64,000 nucleotides of DNA from Octopus vulgaris. Lineage: Eukaryota. The position numbers and the translations under genes were made by a program. The stretch lies in the NCBI GenBank assembly GCA_951406725.2, contig OX597817.1, forward strand, positions 144,894,001-144,958,000, in the 5' to 3' direction. Below the pieces are notes generated by a model. That model was not told the origin of the DNA. It did no database searches and saw nothing but the letters and a program-made list of their open reading frames with translations. Positions 11,990 through 25,238 of this stretch are shown one piece after another. Numbering within the stretch: position 1 is the stretch's first letter; each line of letters begins with the position of its first letter.

Positions 11990-12028
<39 letters not shown>

Positions 12029-12159
12029 TATATATACACAAACATGTACATTTATGTATGTGCATATATATACACACAAATATACATATGTATATATATA
12101 TATGCACACATATATATATACATAGATATATACACACACACACAAGCACATATATATAT

Positions 12160-12344
12160 AATAGATCTGTAGCCACTACACACATTTTTTTCTCACTTTT
12201 TTTTTTTTTTTCTGTGTCCCTTTCTGTAGAAGAGCATAGGCTCGAAACGTAAAGGACTTTTTCAATTTCCTGAGCCTTATACTAATACATCTGTTTGTTT
12301 TTACACCACCTGTCTTCGTCTTTTGTTTTCTTCGTGAACTCTCC

Positions 12345-12347
<3 letters not shown>
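12160..12347 (+). mobile_element. Short Penelope-like terminal fragment with hammerhead-like motif (12220-12255)
   Basis: CTTT-CTGTAGA-A-GAGC-atag-GCTC-GAAAC-GTA-AAGG; ends in (TA)n; homologous to copies at 12560, 37510 and 49020. Confidence 0.6.
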
Positions 12348-12381
<34 letters not shown>

Positions 12382-12384
12382 TAT

Positions 12385-12428
<44 letters not shown>

Positions 12429-12511
12429 CATATATATATATATATATATTTACATATACATATATATACATATACATACATATATGTATATACATACATA
12501 TATACATATAC

Positions 12512-12548
<37 letters not shown>
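12348..12548. repeat. (TA)n-rich microsatellite
   Basis: Directly visible. Confidence 0.95.
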
Positions 12549-12555
<7 letters not shown>

Positions 12556-12559
12556 TAAT

Positions 12560-12758
12560 CATCATATCGCCATAATAGATCACTAACCACTACACATTCT
12601 TAATTTTCTCTCCTTGTTTCTTTCTGTATTCCTTTCTGTGGAAGAGTGTAGGCTCGAAACATTAAAGACTTTTTCGCTTCCCGAGCGTTATACTGATAAA
12701 TCTGTTTGCTATCTACACCACCTGTCTTCATCTTTTGTTTTTTTGTGAATTCTTCCCC
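12560..12758 (+). mobile_element. Second copy of the hammerhead-like fragment (motif 12632-12667)
   Basis: CTTT-CTGTGGA-A-GAGT-gtag-GCTC-GAAAC-ATT-AAAG. Confidence 0.55.
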
Positions 12759-12901
12759 TATATATACAGATATGCATATATATACTTTATTAAAAAGTAT
12801 ATTACTCTAGCTCTGGTATTCAACTACTATTTTTCCACCTTGTTTCACATTTATGTGCTTACTCTGGTGTATACATATGTATATATGCATATGTATGTAT
12901 G

Positions 12902-12955
<54 letters not shown>

Positions 12956-12960
<5 letters not shown>

Positions 12961-13241
12961 TAAAAGATCATGAGTAAGGCCAAAATAATGCAAAGTAAAT
13001 GCAAGGTAAATCACAAGAAAACAAATATGGAATGAATGTAGACTTACCTTGTATTCAATATTTTGGGGTTATGACACCATTTTCAAGAAATTGATGAATG
13101 TTGCCATTCTTGGAAATGGTTCATAACCCCCAAAATATTGAATACAAGGTAAGTGTACATTAATTCACATATTTGTTTCATTGTGATTTACCTTGCATTT
13201 ACTTCACACTGTTTTAGCCTTACCCACGATCTTTTATACTA
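12956..13241. repeat. Long imperfect foldback (~134-bp arms, ~17-nt spacer)
   Basis: Arms 12956-13089 and 13107-13241, e.g. ACTTACCTTGTATTCAATATTTTGGGG / CCCCAAAATATTGAATACAAGGTAAGT; abuts (TA)n. Confidence 0.9.
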
Positions 13242-13277
13242 CATATTCTACACAATGCTTCATAGTAATGATTCCAT

Positions 13278-13328
<51 letters not shown>

Positions 13329-13340
13329 TGTATACTTATA

Positions 13341-13780
13341 GCAGGAGTGGCTGTGTGTTAAGTACCTTGCTTACCAACCACATAGTTCCGGGTTCAGTCC
13401 CACTGCATGTCACCTTGGGCAAGTGTCTCCTACTGTAGTCTCAGGCCCACCAAAGCCTTGTGAGCGGATTTGTTAGACGGAAACTGAAAGAAGACCGTCG
13501 TACATATTTATATATATGTGTGTGTGTGTGTATTGAAGCAGTGATTGGAGAGAAGTGCAAACACAAAGACACTCATGTTTGTGTGTCTGTGTTTGTCTCC
13601 CCACCATTGCTTGACAACTGAAGCTGGTGTGTTTACGTCCCCGTAACTTAGTGGTTTGGCAAAAGGGACCGATAAAATAAGTACTAGGCTTACGAAGAAT
13701 AAGTCCCAGGGTTGATTTGCTCTACTAAAGGTGGTGCTCCAGCATGATCAAAGTCAAATGACTGAAACAAGTAAAACAGT
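13341..13780 (+). mobile_element. SINE family A
   Basis: Head and tail as in 6862-7300. Confidence 0.8.
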
Positions 13781-13867
13781 AAACAGTATACATACATATT
13801 ATATATATGTAAGTGTGTGTGTAAATGTGTTTGAAAATGTATATATATTTGTAAATATGTATGAAAA

Positions 13868-13902
<35 letters not shown>

Positions 13903-14200
13903 ATATATATAAATGTGTGTGTATATGTATGTATGTATGTGTGTGTTTCCCCTCAGTACTACTCCCCACCTCCCATTTGTGGGATGTTTATCTTGCAAGG
14001 TACTTAGTGACACTGTTGGTGCTGGTACCACATAAAAAGCACCCAGTACACTCTGTAAAGTGGTTGGCATTAGGAAGGGCATCCAGCTGAAGAAACCATG
14101 CCAAAACAGACAATGGAACCTACTGCACAAAGACACAATGCCAGTTTGTATATTTTGTATATGAAATCATATATATATTTTTTGTATGTGTAATATATAT

Positions 14201-14537
14201 GAAGGCGCATGGTTCAGTAGTTAGAGCGTCGAGCTTACGATCATGAGGTTGTGAGTTTGATTCCCGGGCCGGGCTGCATGTTGTGTTCTTGAGTAAGACA
14301 CTTTATTTCACATTGCTCCAGTTCACTCAGCTGTAGAAATGCGTTGCAACTTCACAGTGCCCAGCCGTATCAGCCCCTTTGCCTTTCCCTTGGATAACAT
14401 CAGTGGTGTGTAGTGGGGAGGCTGGTATGCATGGGTGACTGCTGGCCTTCCACAAAAAATCTTGCCCGGACTTGTGCCTCAGAAGGTAACTTTCCAGGTG
14501 CAATCCAATGGTCATTCATGACCGAAGGGGCTCTCCA
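14201..14537 (+). mobile_element. tRNA-derived SINE family B
   Basis: Head GGCGCATGGTTCAGTAGTTAGAGCG...GAGTTTGATTCC and core TGTGTTCTTGAGxAAGACACTTTA...CACTCAGCTGTAGAAATG; copies at 26804 and 47821. Confidence 0.8.
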
Positions 14538-14569
14538 TATATACATTTATATATGTATATATATATATG

Positions 14570-14809
14570 CCAGTGGCACGTTAAAAGCTCCAACCGATCG
14601 TGGCCGATGCCGGACCCCCCTGGCACCTGTGCAGGTGGCACGTAAAAAGCACCCACTACACCCGCGGAGTGGTTGGCGTTAGGAAGGGCATCAAGCTGTA
14701 GAAACTCTGCCAGATCAGACTGTAGCCTGGTGCAGCCCCTGGCTTCCCAGACCCCGGTCGAACCATCCAACCCGTGCTAGCGCGGAAAACGGACGTTAAA
14801 CGATGATGA

Positions 14810-14812
<3 letters not shown>
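14570..14812 (+). mobile_element. RTE 3' UTR fragment with (GAT)n tail
   Basis: Same tail motifs as 6000-6285. Confidence 0.8.
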
Positions 14813-14856
<44 letters not shown>

Positions 14857-16018
14857 ATATGTATATTATAAATTGCATATATATTTGTAACACATGTATA
14901 CAATTCTGATTGTGTGTGTATGTGTACACAGTAAATATTAATTAGTAGTCTATGTGACATCACACATTAAATACAGTATATTTATACAATCATCTGAATT
15001 GTTTCCAAACCATTCTATTTTTAAATGTCTTTTATTAAAGATCTGTATAGAAATAGCAAAACATCATGGTAATGCGTGTATCTGATTCTAGATATTTTAA
15101 TATTAGACTATTATATTTATCTAAATGTTTTCTTCCTCTTAGAATCCTCTTTCTCTTGTATATTGGAATAATTCTGTATGTATGGTAGGGTATTTATTTA
15201 TCATAAGAAGAATTTATAATTTAAATGTGCTGAGGTCAAAAAAATGGAAAAGAAAAAACTGCCAAAACCTTTTGCCGTTCTTTCATTTACAGACACATCG
15301 TATCTGTTATGTCACTTCGGTGTCTAAGGAAGTCATCAATGTCACACAGCTTCATTTTCTTCCATTTATTGATTTGTGGCCTTGCACCTTTCCTAAGAAA
15401 TCAATGATGTTAAGCAAAGTGAAAGATCTCTATTAAAAATTAACTTGATATCATGAACGAAAAAAGAGTGAGAAATATATATGAAATTTATGTATGAAAT
15501 GGCAGCCTTTTAACCTTGTAGTTATCATTATAAAAACCCAATCAAGCTACGTTTTATATTTCTACAGTAGAAGGAGCTAAATGTGATGGAAAATAATAAG
15601 TTGTTCATAGACTGAATGTAGTACATGTTAGTACAGATATATTGGTAGAATGTGAGTCAGTTACATTAGAGTGAAACACATCATACACGTTTGCTGTTTA
15701 TTGATATGGTTGATGAAATCATTGACCTAATGGAGAATAAATCAATTTCTAAAAGCTGTTATTTGAATTTTTAAAACAAAGAGCTGACAGCTTATGAATT
15801 TATTTGCATAAAAAGAAAAAAAATCGTTGTAAGAGTTATTTCCCTTGATCCAACATTAGCTTGTCTTACAAACTCGATGAAGAAAGGGAAAAATTGTTCG
15901 GTGGGGGGGGATACTGATTATATATATTGCTCTACTTTTGCCTTTTTTTTTTTTAAGAATACAAAACCTCCAAATATAGAAGATAACTTCAAACCACACC
16001 TAAACATATAATGTTTTA

Positions 16019-16435
16019 GGATCTTTTCGGTTTGACCGGCAGTTTTTTAAAATAATTTCCACATAACTAAACACTTTTAAACTTCGTATACTGGTAGAAT
16101 GTGTTTATAAAACATCTTTTTCTATTGGCTTTATTGAGAAAATTCTATAATTTGTAAGATATTTGTAAGATATTTTCTTCAATTTCTGCAATTTCAACCA
16201 ATCAATGACGTCTATTGAGGTGAAAACATTCTGTGCCGTATGAATATGTCCTTCGTTTAAAAAACAGATTGGGTTTATTTACATTTCTGAAGAAAAAAAG
16301 ATACCCTTCCCCCCAGCCCTAACCCTAACCCTAAAACAGATTGAAATGCAATAGATCGATACTAGGGTCTTAATTATGGGTGACAATTTCATATGACACC
16401 GCTAGAAAAAACTGCTGTTCAAACCAAAAAGATCC
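16019..16435. mobile_element. MITE with ~29-bp GGATC TIRs, 8-bp TSD ATGTTTTA and internal (CCCTAA)3
   Basis: GGATCTTTTCGGTTTGACCGGCAGTTTTT / AAAAACTGCTGTTCAAACCAAAAAGATCC; TSD at 16011-16018 and 16436-16443. Confidence 0.9.
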
Positions 16436-17263
16436 ATGTTTTAATCAGTAAAGGAGATATTATAGTGATGAATATATAATAATATAATTATGTATAGTTT
16501 GTTATATACACTCTGTGGAGGCACATGGCTTACTGGTTAGTGTATTGGATTCGTCATAAGTTTGTGTTTTCGAATCCTAGACTGAGCGATGTGTTGTGTT
16601 CTTGAGCAAAACATTTCATTTCACGTTGTTTCTGTTCACTCAGCTGGCAAAAATGAGCAAACCTCTGACTGACTGGCGTCCCATCCAGGGGTGAGTTTCT
16701 CCACCAGAGAATCCAGGAAGCTGTGTCTATAAGTCTATGTGACTCAGGAAGATGTTATAACACACTCTGTGTGATAATAACATATTGTTATATTGTTACT
16801 GAGTCTCGTCCGTGGCATCAACTCTGCTCAAACAGAGCTGATACAAAGAACGCGTTGGTTTTATATTGGACCAGGCATTTAGTAGTATATTGTTATAGTT
16901 AAGGGGAATATGGTTTGACTGTCTTGCAGAAGATGTCGCCTATTGTGAGATTGGTGTAGGATATGTTGTGGATGACTTATTAGGGCTGGACATTAGCTGT
17001 ATGGTTAAGAAATTTGCTTTGCAACTACATGACTCTTAGTTCAGTTCCAAAGAACAACACTATTTTATGTGTGTGTGTGCGTGTGTGTAAGAACTAATAA
17101 ATTTGTTGTTTTTTCCCCGTACTTCTTCAAAAGACTACAATATATATATATATAAATTTAAATAATAAGGGTGAAAAATTGAATATTAATTTGATTAATA
17201 TCAATTTAAAACCAGTGGCCTAGCATATTAAAAAATCTGAAGATTCAGAAAAATTATACTACA

Positions 17264-17505
17264 TACATATAAGCTGGGATGACCACTAAGTGGACATCCA
17301 TTATGCTAGAAGTAGACCCCCCCCCGCGCCTCCCCAAGACCTGGTCCCAATGCCCGTGCAGACCTAACTGGATGAAGGGGATCTTGGGGTGTCGGTCTAT
17401 TAAGGTGGACGGTGCCAGAACAATCTTTTCTTAGTGGTTAGACCATATGGGGTCTACCTCTAGCATAATGGATGTCCACTTAGTAGTCATCCCCTCTTAT
17501 ATGTA
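17264..17505. repeat. Inverted repeat, ~57-bp arms around a GC-rich spacer
   Basis: Arms 17264-17320 and 17449-17505 (CTAAGTGGACATCCATTATGCTAGA / TCTAGCATAATGGATGTCCACTTAG). Confidence 0.9.
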
Positions 17506-17531
17506 TATACATATATTTATATATACATATA

Positions 17532-17752
17532 TAGGGTGGCCCAAAAATAGATTTACAGTTATCACACAGGCACTTCAAATTTTTTTTTTAAACATTTCAT
17601 TACATTTAAATTTCTATCTTACAAATTGAAAGGGAGCTTGACAAAATTAACTAAATTAGCATAGAATAATGGTTTCATATCTTTTTATACTTAAGATATA
17701 TACTATTAATGCGAAAATGATAGTTGAATAACTGTGAACCTACTTTTGAGCC

Positions 17753-17758
<6 letters not shown>
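17532..17758. mobile_element. Tc1/mariner-type MITE
   Basis: TIRs TAGGGTGGCCCAAAAATAGATTTACAGTTAT / ATAACTGTGAACCTACTTTTGAGCCACCCTA, flanked by TA. Confidence 0.8.
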
Positions 17759-17798
<40 letters not shown>

Positions 17799-18238
17799 CA
17801 TATGTATGTATATATATATAGGTGTGAGTGGATTTGAATGATGGAAGCTGATAGAAGTCCAGTGTTTGTGATTACCTGTCTTGACATTGCATGTCACTGT
17901 CATACAACCTTTCTCATTCATTCCCAATATCTGTGAGAACATGTCTAAACATGGGGAAATATTATTTTACTTGGAAACAGGTGAGGATTGGTAACAGGAA
18001 GGGCATCCAACCATAGAATATCTACCTCAATAAACACTGTCTCACCCATGCAAGTGTTGAAAAATGTACGTTAAGGAATGATGATATTGTAATATATAGG
18101 GGTGTATATTTGCCTATATATTTTATACATATATATGTATGCATCTACACAGTGACTGTTTTCAACTACTGCTTTTTTCAAATGTCCTGAAGAAGGGCGT
18201 CTTCACCCCAAAATATAGAAATACAAATTATATACATG

Positions 18239-18293
<55 letters not shown>

Positions 18294-19033
18294 ATGTATA
18301 TATATATATATATATATGCTCCAAAAAAGCCTCATGATAGCAAGAGAGAATGGGCACCAGCTAGCCCAAAGGTTGGGGTGGGCTGCACCTGCCTACCTCG
18401 GTTCCTATGGCATTGAGGTAGAGCTGGCCACCCCTGTTAACGGGGACAAAACCTGGACTTAAAACACTGGACGATGATGATGATAATGAAGTGTCTTATA
18501 TCCTGTTTGGGCTGACCAAAGCATTGAGAGTCAAATTAGCAGGTAGAAATTATTTTATAGCACCTGGTTCTTTATGTGCCTTTAGAGGGACCCACTCCAT
18601 TGCAAGCATTTGGATCAAACCCCTGGTCATACACTAACCTCCTCTCTGCCTTCTTCCATAAAAATGTTGAGGTCAGTAACCTTTCTTTCTCTGATACAGT
18701 CATAAAAATGAGGGTGTACATGTGTATGTATCTCTTTCGGTGTACATGCAGGCCTGTTTATATATATTAATGTTCTGTGTAATTCTCACTGTTTGCTGAT
18801 GCACAGCATTGCTGTTTTCTTCAAATTCTTCAGTTTCCCTTTGATGTTTTGCAGTAAATTTATTATGTTGTATCAGTATTGTTTAGATAAACAATCATTG
18901 GTTACGTACAAGATTATAGAGTGTAGCTGACATTTTGAATTCTGTATGTTAGCACCAGAGCTAATAGGTACCATTTATCTCTTTCTCTCTCATGGTGAGG
19001 CAATTGTTGTTTTATAGTCATGGTATGTGTTTG

Positions 19034-19267
19034 GTGGCGAGCTGGCAGAAACGTTAGCATGCCGGGCGAAATGCGTAGCCGTATTTCGTCTGCTGTTACG
19101 TTCTGAGTTCAAATTCCGCCGAAGTCGACTTTGCCTTTCATCCTTTCGGGGTTGATAAATTAAGTAACAGTTACACACTGGGGTTGATGTAATCGACTTA
19201 ATCCATTTGTCTGTCCTTGTTTGTCACCTCTGAGTTTAGCCCCTTGTGGGTAGTAAAGAAATAGGTA
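19034..19267 (+). mobile_element. SINE family C
   Basis: GGTGGCGAGCTGGCAGAA head and GCCTTTCATCCTTTCGGGG core. Confidence 0.8.
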
Positions 19268-19579
19268 TGTGTGTGTTATCATTATCATCATCATCATTGT
19301 TATCACTTCCACTTTACCATGCTCTCATGGGTCAGACAGAATTTTGTTGAGGCAGATTTTCTACAGATAGATGCCCTTCTGGTCACTAGTTCTCCCCTGT
19401 TTCCTAGCAAAGTAATATTTCTCCATGGTCAGGCATGTGTTTCACTGATGAGTGGAAACAAATAACACTGCTTGCATAACAGTGATGCTCACTTACAACC
19501 ATCACATAATATCAAGACAAAGGCACACAAACACACACGTATGTATATATATATGTATATGTAGGTATGTGTGTGTACA

Positions 19580-19629
<50 letters not shown>

Positions 19630-19890
19630 TCGTCATCATAATCATCATCGTTTACCATCCATATTCCATGCTAGCATGGGCTGGACGGTTCGACCGGGGT
19701 CTGGGAAGCCAGGAGGCTGCACCAGGCTCCAGTCTGATCTGGCAGTTTTTCTACAGCTGGATGCCCTTTCTGACGCCAACCACTCCGGGGGTGTAGTGGG
19801 TGCTTTTTACGTGCCACCGGCATGGAAGCCAGTCAAGGTGGCGCTGGCATCAGCCACATTCGGATGGTGCTTTTTAGGTGCCACCAGCAC
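19630..19890 (-). mobile_element. RTE 3' UTR fragment
   Basis: Reverse complement of the (GAT)n-tailed family. Confidence 0.75.
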
Positions 19891-19989
19891 ATATATATAT
19901 ATATATATATATATAATAATGATAATGCAATAATTATATATATTGCTTTGGTGCACTGTGTGTGTACACAAATCATCATCATCATTTAA

Positions 19990-20207
19990 CCCTTTAGTAT
20001 TTAATCAGATCATATCTACCTCAATTGTTCTTCCTGTTTTATGTTCAAATCAGCTAGATCTAGCCTCTTACTCCTGCCCTACAATGCCATTCTAAAAATA
20101 AACAATCACCTCAATGAAACCTCAAAGCTATGAGATAATCCACGATTAATTCAAAACAATGTGAACTAATAATCATTACATTTGAAAATTTTCTGAATGC
20201 TTAAGGG
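19990..20207. mobile_element. piggyBac-type MITE (family 2)
   Basis: TTAA|CCCTTTAG...CTTAAGGG|TTAA; homologous to 59736-59956. Confidence 0.75.
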
Positions 20208-20569
20208 TTAATGCTGCCATGTTCTGTGCTGGCATTGATCCCTTTACAGTTTCTATCTGTGATGGGGTTTCTTTCAGTTTCCATCTACCAAATTCACTCA
20301 CAAAGCTTTGACCAGCCTGGGGATGTAGTAGAAAACACTCACCCAAGGTGCTGTGTAGTGGTACTGAACCTAAAACCTCGTGGCTGCAGAGCAAGGTTCT
20401 TAATCTCACAGCCATTGCCTTTGCTGAACTTGTTAGTAAAAATATCCTCTAATGGGGACATGACAGCCTCATTAACTGCAACAGCACCAAAACACACACA
20501 CTGTTCAGGTTAAAGAAGTGACATTACAATACTACATGTGTATAACGCATGAGCATGCATGTGTACTCT

Positions 20570-21010
20570 TACACACACACACTCACTTCTTCCCTCCCTC
20601 CTTCACTCACTTACGCTCTCACTTTTTCTCACTCAGTCACGCACTCATTCACTTACACTCACTCATTCACACAACACTCTCTCTCTCTCTCACATTCACT
20701 CACTCCTTCCCTCCCTCACTCACTTGCGCTCTCACTCTTTTTTTCACTCAGTCATACATACTCATTCACTTACACTCACTCAGTCACACAACACTCACTC
20801 TCTCTCTCTCACACTCATTCTCCTGCACACATTCATTCACACATACATTCACTCACTCCTTCCCTCCCTCACTCACTTGCACTCTCGTTTTTTCACTTAG
20901 TCACACACACATTCACTTACACTCACTCATACAATGCTCACTTACTCTCTCTCACACACTCACACTCATACACTCACATTCATTCACTCACACACACATA
21001 CACACTCTCC
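20570..21010. repeat. (CA/CT)-rich degenerate minisatellite
   Basis: Repeated CACTCATTCACTTACACTCACTCA units. Confidence 0.85.
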
Positions 21011-21208
21011 CTCTGTTAAAATCATTCATAGTCAATACAACAATACCACAAATGATTTTGCTGCAAATCCTACACATCATAATCTTTGATGATCTTTCAT
21101 AACAACAACAACAACACCTAGACTAGGTTCTTCCTTCAGGGCCACTCTGATCAATGCAACCAATATCAGAGAGCTGGTTCAACTTATTAGCTATCACACG
21201 CACGCACG

Positions 21209-21271
<63 letters not shown>

Positions 21272-21619
21272 CTTTCCTCACAACATTTGCCGTTTTCTCT
21301 CTCTGTTTTCTATCTCAAATACCTTATCTTCTCTTAAAGTAGCAAGCTGCAGACTAGCTCCATCTACACCTATTCTAAGCAACTAGTGCTTCTCATGTTC
21401 TCATCTTCACAGTGCCTCACCCTGTATTCTCATTCAGGGTTTGCACTAAAACATTGTCCAACCATTCTTCTTCAAATCAGCTTCCCTCTGGAATTGTCTC
21501 AATTCTTGCTTTTTATTTCTAGAGTTTCAAACTGAATATCAGTCTTGCTAGTCTGGTACGGTCTTTATACGGTTCAAGGGTGGTGGGCTTCCCTTCTCTA
21601 ATTATCATGTATAACGATA

Positions 21620-21870
21620 ATTGATATATAGACAGACAGAGAGAGAGACTGATAGATATACAAACACAAATATAGACAGACAGTCAGATGAAGAGAGATT
21701 AATAGATATACAGATAGAGGTATAGATAGATAGACAGGCAGAGAAAAAGACAAACAGATATATAGACAAGCAGAAAGACAAATATATAGACAGAAAGACA
21801 GGCAGATAGATTGATAGATATACAGACACAGAAATAGATAGAACAGATACACAGACAGATAGATATAAAT
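21620..21870. repeat. (GATA/GACA)n degenerate microsatellite
   Basis: Directly visible. Confidence 0.85.
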
Positions 21871-22784
21871 ATAGTGTGTGGGTGATTCTCTTTATTTAGA
21901 AAACATTACATGATATTTTATCAAAGTGAAATATGTGACAGCCAACAGATAAAACTATAATTATTACAGAAAAAAATATTGACTGTTGTTGTTTTATTCT
22001 TTGTTTTGTTGGTTTTTTTTGGTATTTTTTTAATGCATTCTAAACTTTGAAAGTGAAAGTAAATGGACTTCAAAGCTTGACTGGAAGTGTCGGGATGACA
22101 AATCAGAGATGGGCCAGACGTGTCTGTGTGGTTAAAATCATTGCATTACTGTTATGTAGTTCCAAGTTCAAACCCACTGTTTGACACCATTGACATGTGT
22201 TTCCTACTCTTGTGGAACCTGGGGTCCACTCAAGTATTGTGCATTGTACCAGTTTTTGAATAGTACACTTAATGTTTTGCTTGGTTTAACAAAATTCCAG
22301 TTCATTACTTGATACCTTTTGTGGTGTCTGTTTGGTTGTCAGCATTCAGACCCAGTCTCTGGTCTGAGAATAACCATTGATGTGTGGGTTCTTCTTCACT
22401 CCTTTCCCATTAGTCATGGAACTCCTACAGAATAATTGATGGCCCCGCTCTTTCTCCTTTGACGTAGTAAGATTATATGTTTGCAAAGATAATATATTGC
22501 AAACCTATTTAGGGGCCATGCTACTGAGAAAATGTAGACATGGCTTAGGAATACACGTGAAGTATTGAAGTTAGATCTTAACCAACTTATCACATTTCTG
22601 TGAAAATAAATACAGTCTTTCTTCATTTTTGAATTTGGTTTTGAAAACTTTTGATGTGAATTCATTTATTGAAGCAAATCTTGTTGTCTTGAGAGGGTTA
22701 TTGCTTTAATAACAATAAACACATACACGCCAGTGTGTGTGTTTATAATTATTATTGGCACAATGACCTTTCCAATACTCTGTC

Positions 22785-23190
22785 TTTCATCATCATCTGT
22801 TGTCCATGGGCTGAATGGTTTGACCAGGGCTGGTAAGCTGGAAGGCTGCACTAGACTCTAGTCTGATTTGACATGGTTTTTATGATTGGATGCCCTTCCT
22901 AATGCCAACCACTCTGAGAATGTAATGAGTGCTTTTACGTGCCACCAGCACAGGTGCCATTTGTGTGACACTGGTATCTGCCACAACAGTGATTTTGCTC
23001 GGCTTGATGGGTCTTCTTCTCAAGCACAACATAATGCCAAAGGTCTTGGTTATTGCCTCCGTGAGGCCCAACACTTACAAGCGTAAGGCCAACACTCAAA
23101 AGGTGCTTTTTACGTGCCACCAGCATGGGTGCCAGTTATGTGACACCAGCATTGGCCATGAGTATGATTTCTCTTGGTTTGACAGGTTTT
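22785..23190 (-). mobile_element. RTE 3' UTR fragment
   Basis: Reverse complement of the variant at 60030-60455. Confidence 0.7.
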
Positions 23191-24561
23191 GATGGGTCTT
23201 TGTTTCAATTAAATTTGAAAATAATGAAGAGTTTGTCATTGGTAAGCTGATGTTTGTGACATGAATTAACATGAAAGCTTGAAGGAAGGATTAAATTTAG
23301 ATCACTTTTAAACGGAAAGTTTGTCTCCTAGAGCCAGTGGTGGTCTGAAGTAGGTTGATAGCAAAAATGAGAGTGGGATTTACAGGAGACATAAAGCAAT
23401 AGTGGTAGACAACATTGATTCATACAGCCCACACTAACATAGAAAAACAATCTGAAAGAACCGAATTCTTTCAATCTTAATGTGTATCAGACAGAAATTA
23501 TGGCTCTTCTATGATGGTATTCTTGGATTTATGAGTGAGAGAGTCAATTCCTCTTGTCTTCAGACTCATGCAAGGTATCAAACCCTTCACTAATAGACAA
23601 TAGAACACTTGGCAATTTAACAATCCTGCCAATACTTACAGCAGTAACGGCATATGTTGCTTGTTTGCAGCTAAGTGGACTGAGCCATTGAGAATGTCTT
23701 AGAGACAGACACTTTGCAAAGCTGGTGGAATATCACAAATCAATCTCTAAAAATTTCATTTTGAATTTAAGTTTAATTAAATTATTGAATCAATTTAATT
23801 AATCAGCTTTATAATTTACTGATATTACATGTCTGCCTTCTTAATTCTTTCATTTCATTGGATGTTCACTTTGATATATAAACAATCTATAGCACTTGAG
23901 GCTCTTTTTGTAGCCTTAAAAAGCATGTTTTAAATACATGCAGACGTGCTGTATGTATTGTAACAGATCACCCTAAAGATATTAATTTATCATTATTTTA
24001 TGTAAACATATCTGTCTAATTAATATATATGTGTAACTTTATTATTTATATTTCATTAATGCCTATTGCAAATGGATATAAAAATGTTTATTCGTATATT
24101 CATACTTTAGCATAAACAAATGTCATTCTAAACTTATACATTTTTCTTAGTTGTATGTAAAACAATGAGAAAAGATAGACAGTATACACTATCTTTACTT
24201 TCTCACTGACATTAAAATAAACCTTTCATTATCATTTATATATATTATTAGTACAGCAAACTTAAATATTTTCCTTATTATTTTTGTTTATATCTTCAAT
24301 ATAACATATGCACACACTTCTACATGAAATTTTTTGTGTTATAGATTTTAAATATATTATTGTAAGGTAGAGCTATGGCAAGGTGTAGGCGTAACTGTGT
24401 GGTTAAGGAGTTTGCTTCTCAACCACATGGTTTCTGGTTCAATCCCTCTGTGTGGCACCTTGAGCAAGTGTCTTCTAATATAACTACTAGACCAACCAAA
24501 GCTTTGTGAATGGATTTAGTAGACAGAATTTGAAAGAAACCTATTATATATATATATATAT

Positions 24562-25236
24562 ATTTATACGAACAGCCATGCTACATGGAAGTGAGACATG
24601 GGCTGTGACTGCTAAAGACATGCATAAGCTTGCAAGGAATGAAGCCAGTATGCTCTACTGGATGTGTAATGTCAGCCCACTTATGAGTACCCCTCAATCA
24701 TTGGACAATAAACTTTGCTTGCGAAGACCTTTTGAGGCAAGTGAAATCAAATCAAAATCCCTGATGTGGCCAATGACAGTACTGCCTCATTGGCATCCGT
24801 GCCAGTGGAATGTTAAAAGCACATCCGAGTGTGATCATTGCCAGGGCCATGGATTGGTTCCCATGCTGGTGGCACATGAAAAGCACCATTTCAACATGAT
24901 CATTACCAGCATCGCCTCACCAGCACATGAAAAACAACAGTTGAGTGTGGTCATTGCAGTGCCACCAGGCTGGCTCCCATGCCAGTGGCACATAAAAAGC
25001 ACCATTCGAGCCTGGCTGTTGCTAGAACCACCTGACTGGCCCTCGTGCTGGTGTCACATAAAAGCACCCACTACACTCTCAGAGTGGTTGGCGTTAGGAA
25101 GGGCATCCAGCTGTAGAAACTTTGCCATGTCAGATTGAGCCTGGTGCAGCCATCTGGTTTGCCAGTCCTCAGTCAAACCGTCCAACCCATGCCAGCATAG
25201 AAAGCAGACATTGATTGATGATGATGATGATGATGA
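24562..25236 (+). mobile_element. RTE-clade LINE remnant (RT C-terminal fragment plus 3' UTR)
   Basis: TAMLHGSETWAVTAKDMHKLARNEASMLYWMCNVS carries the RTE (Y/H)GSETW motif; followed by a repeat-rich 3' UTR and (GAT)n. Confidence 0.8.
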
Positions 25237-25238
25237 TA

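Noticed and set aside
16317-16334. (CCCTAA)3 as a telomere or fusion scar
   Set aside because: Only three units, internal to a TIR/TSD-bounded MITE
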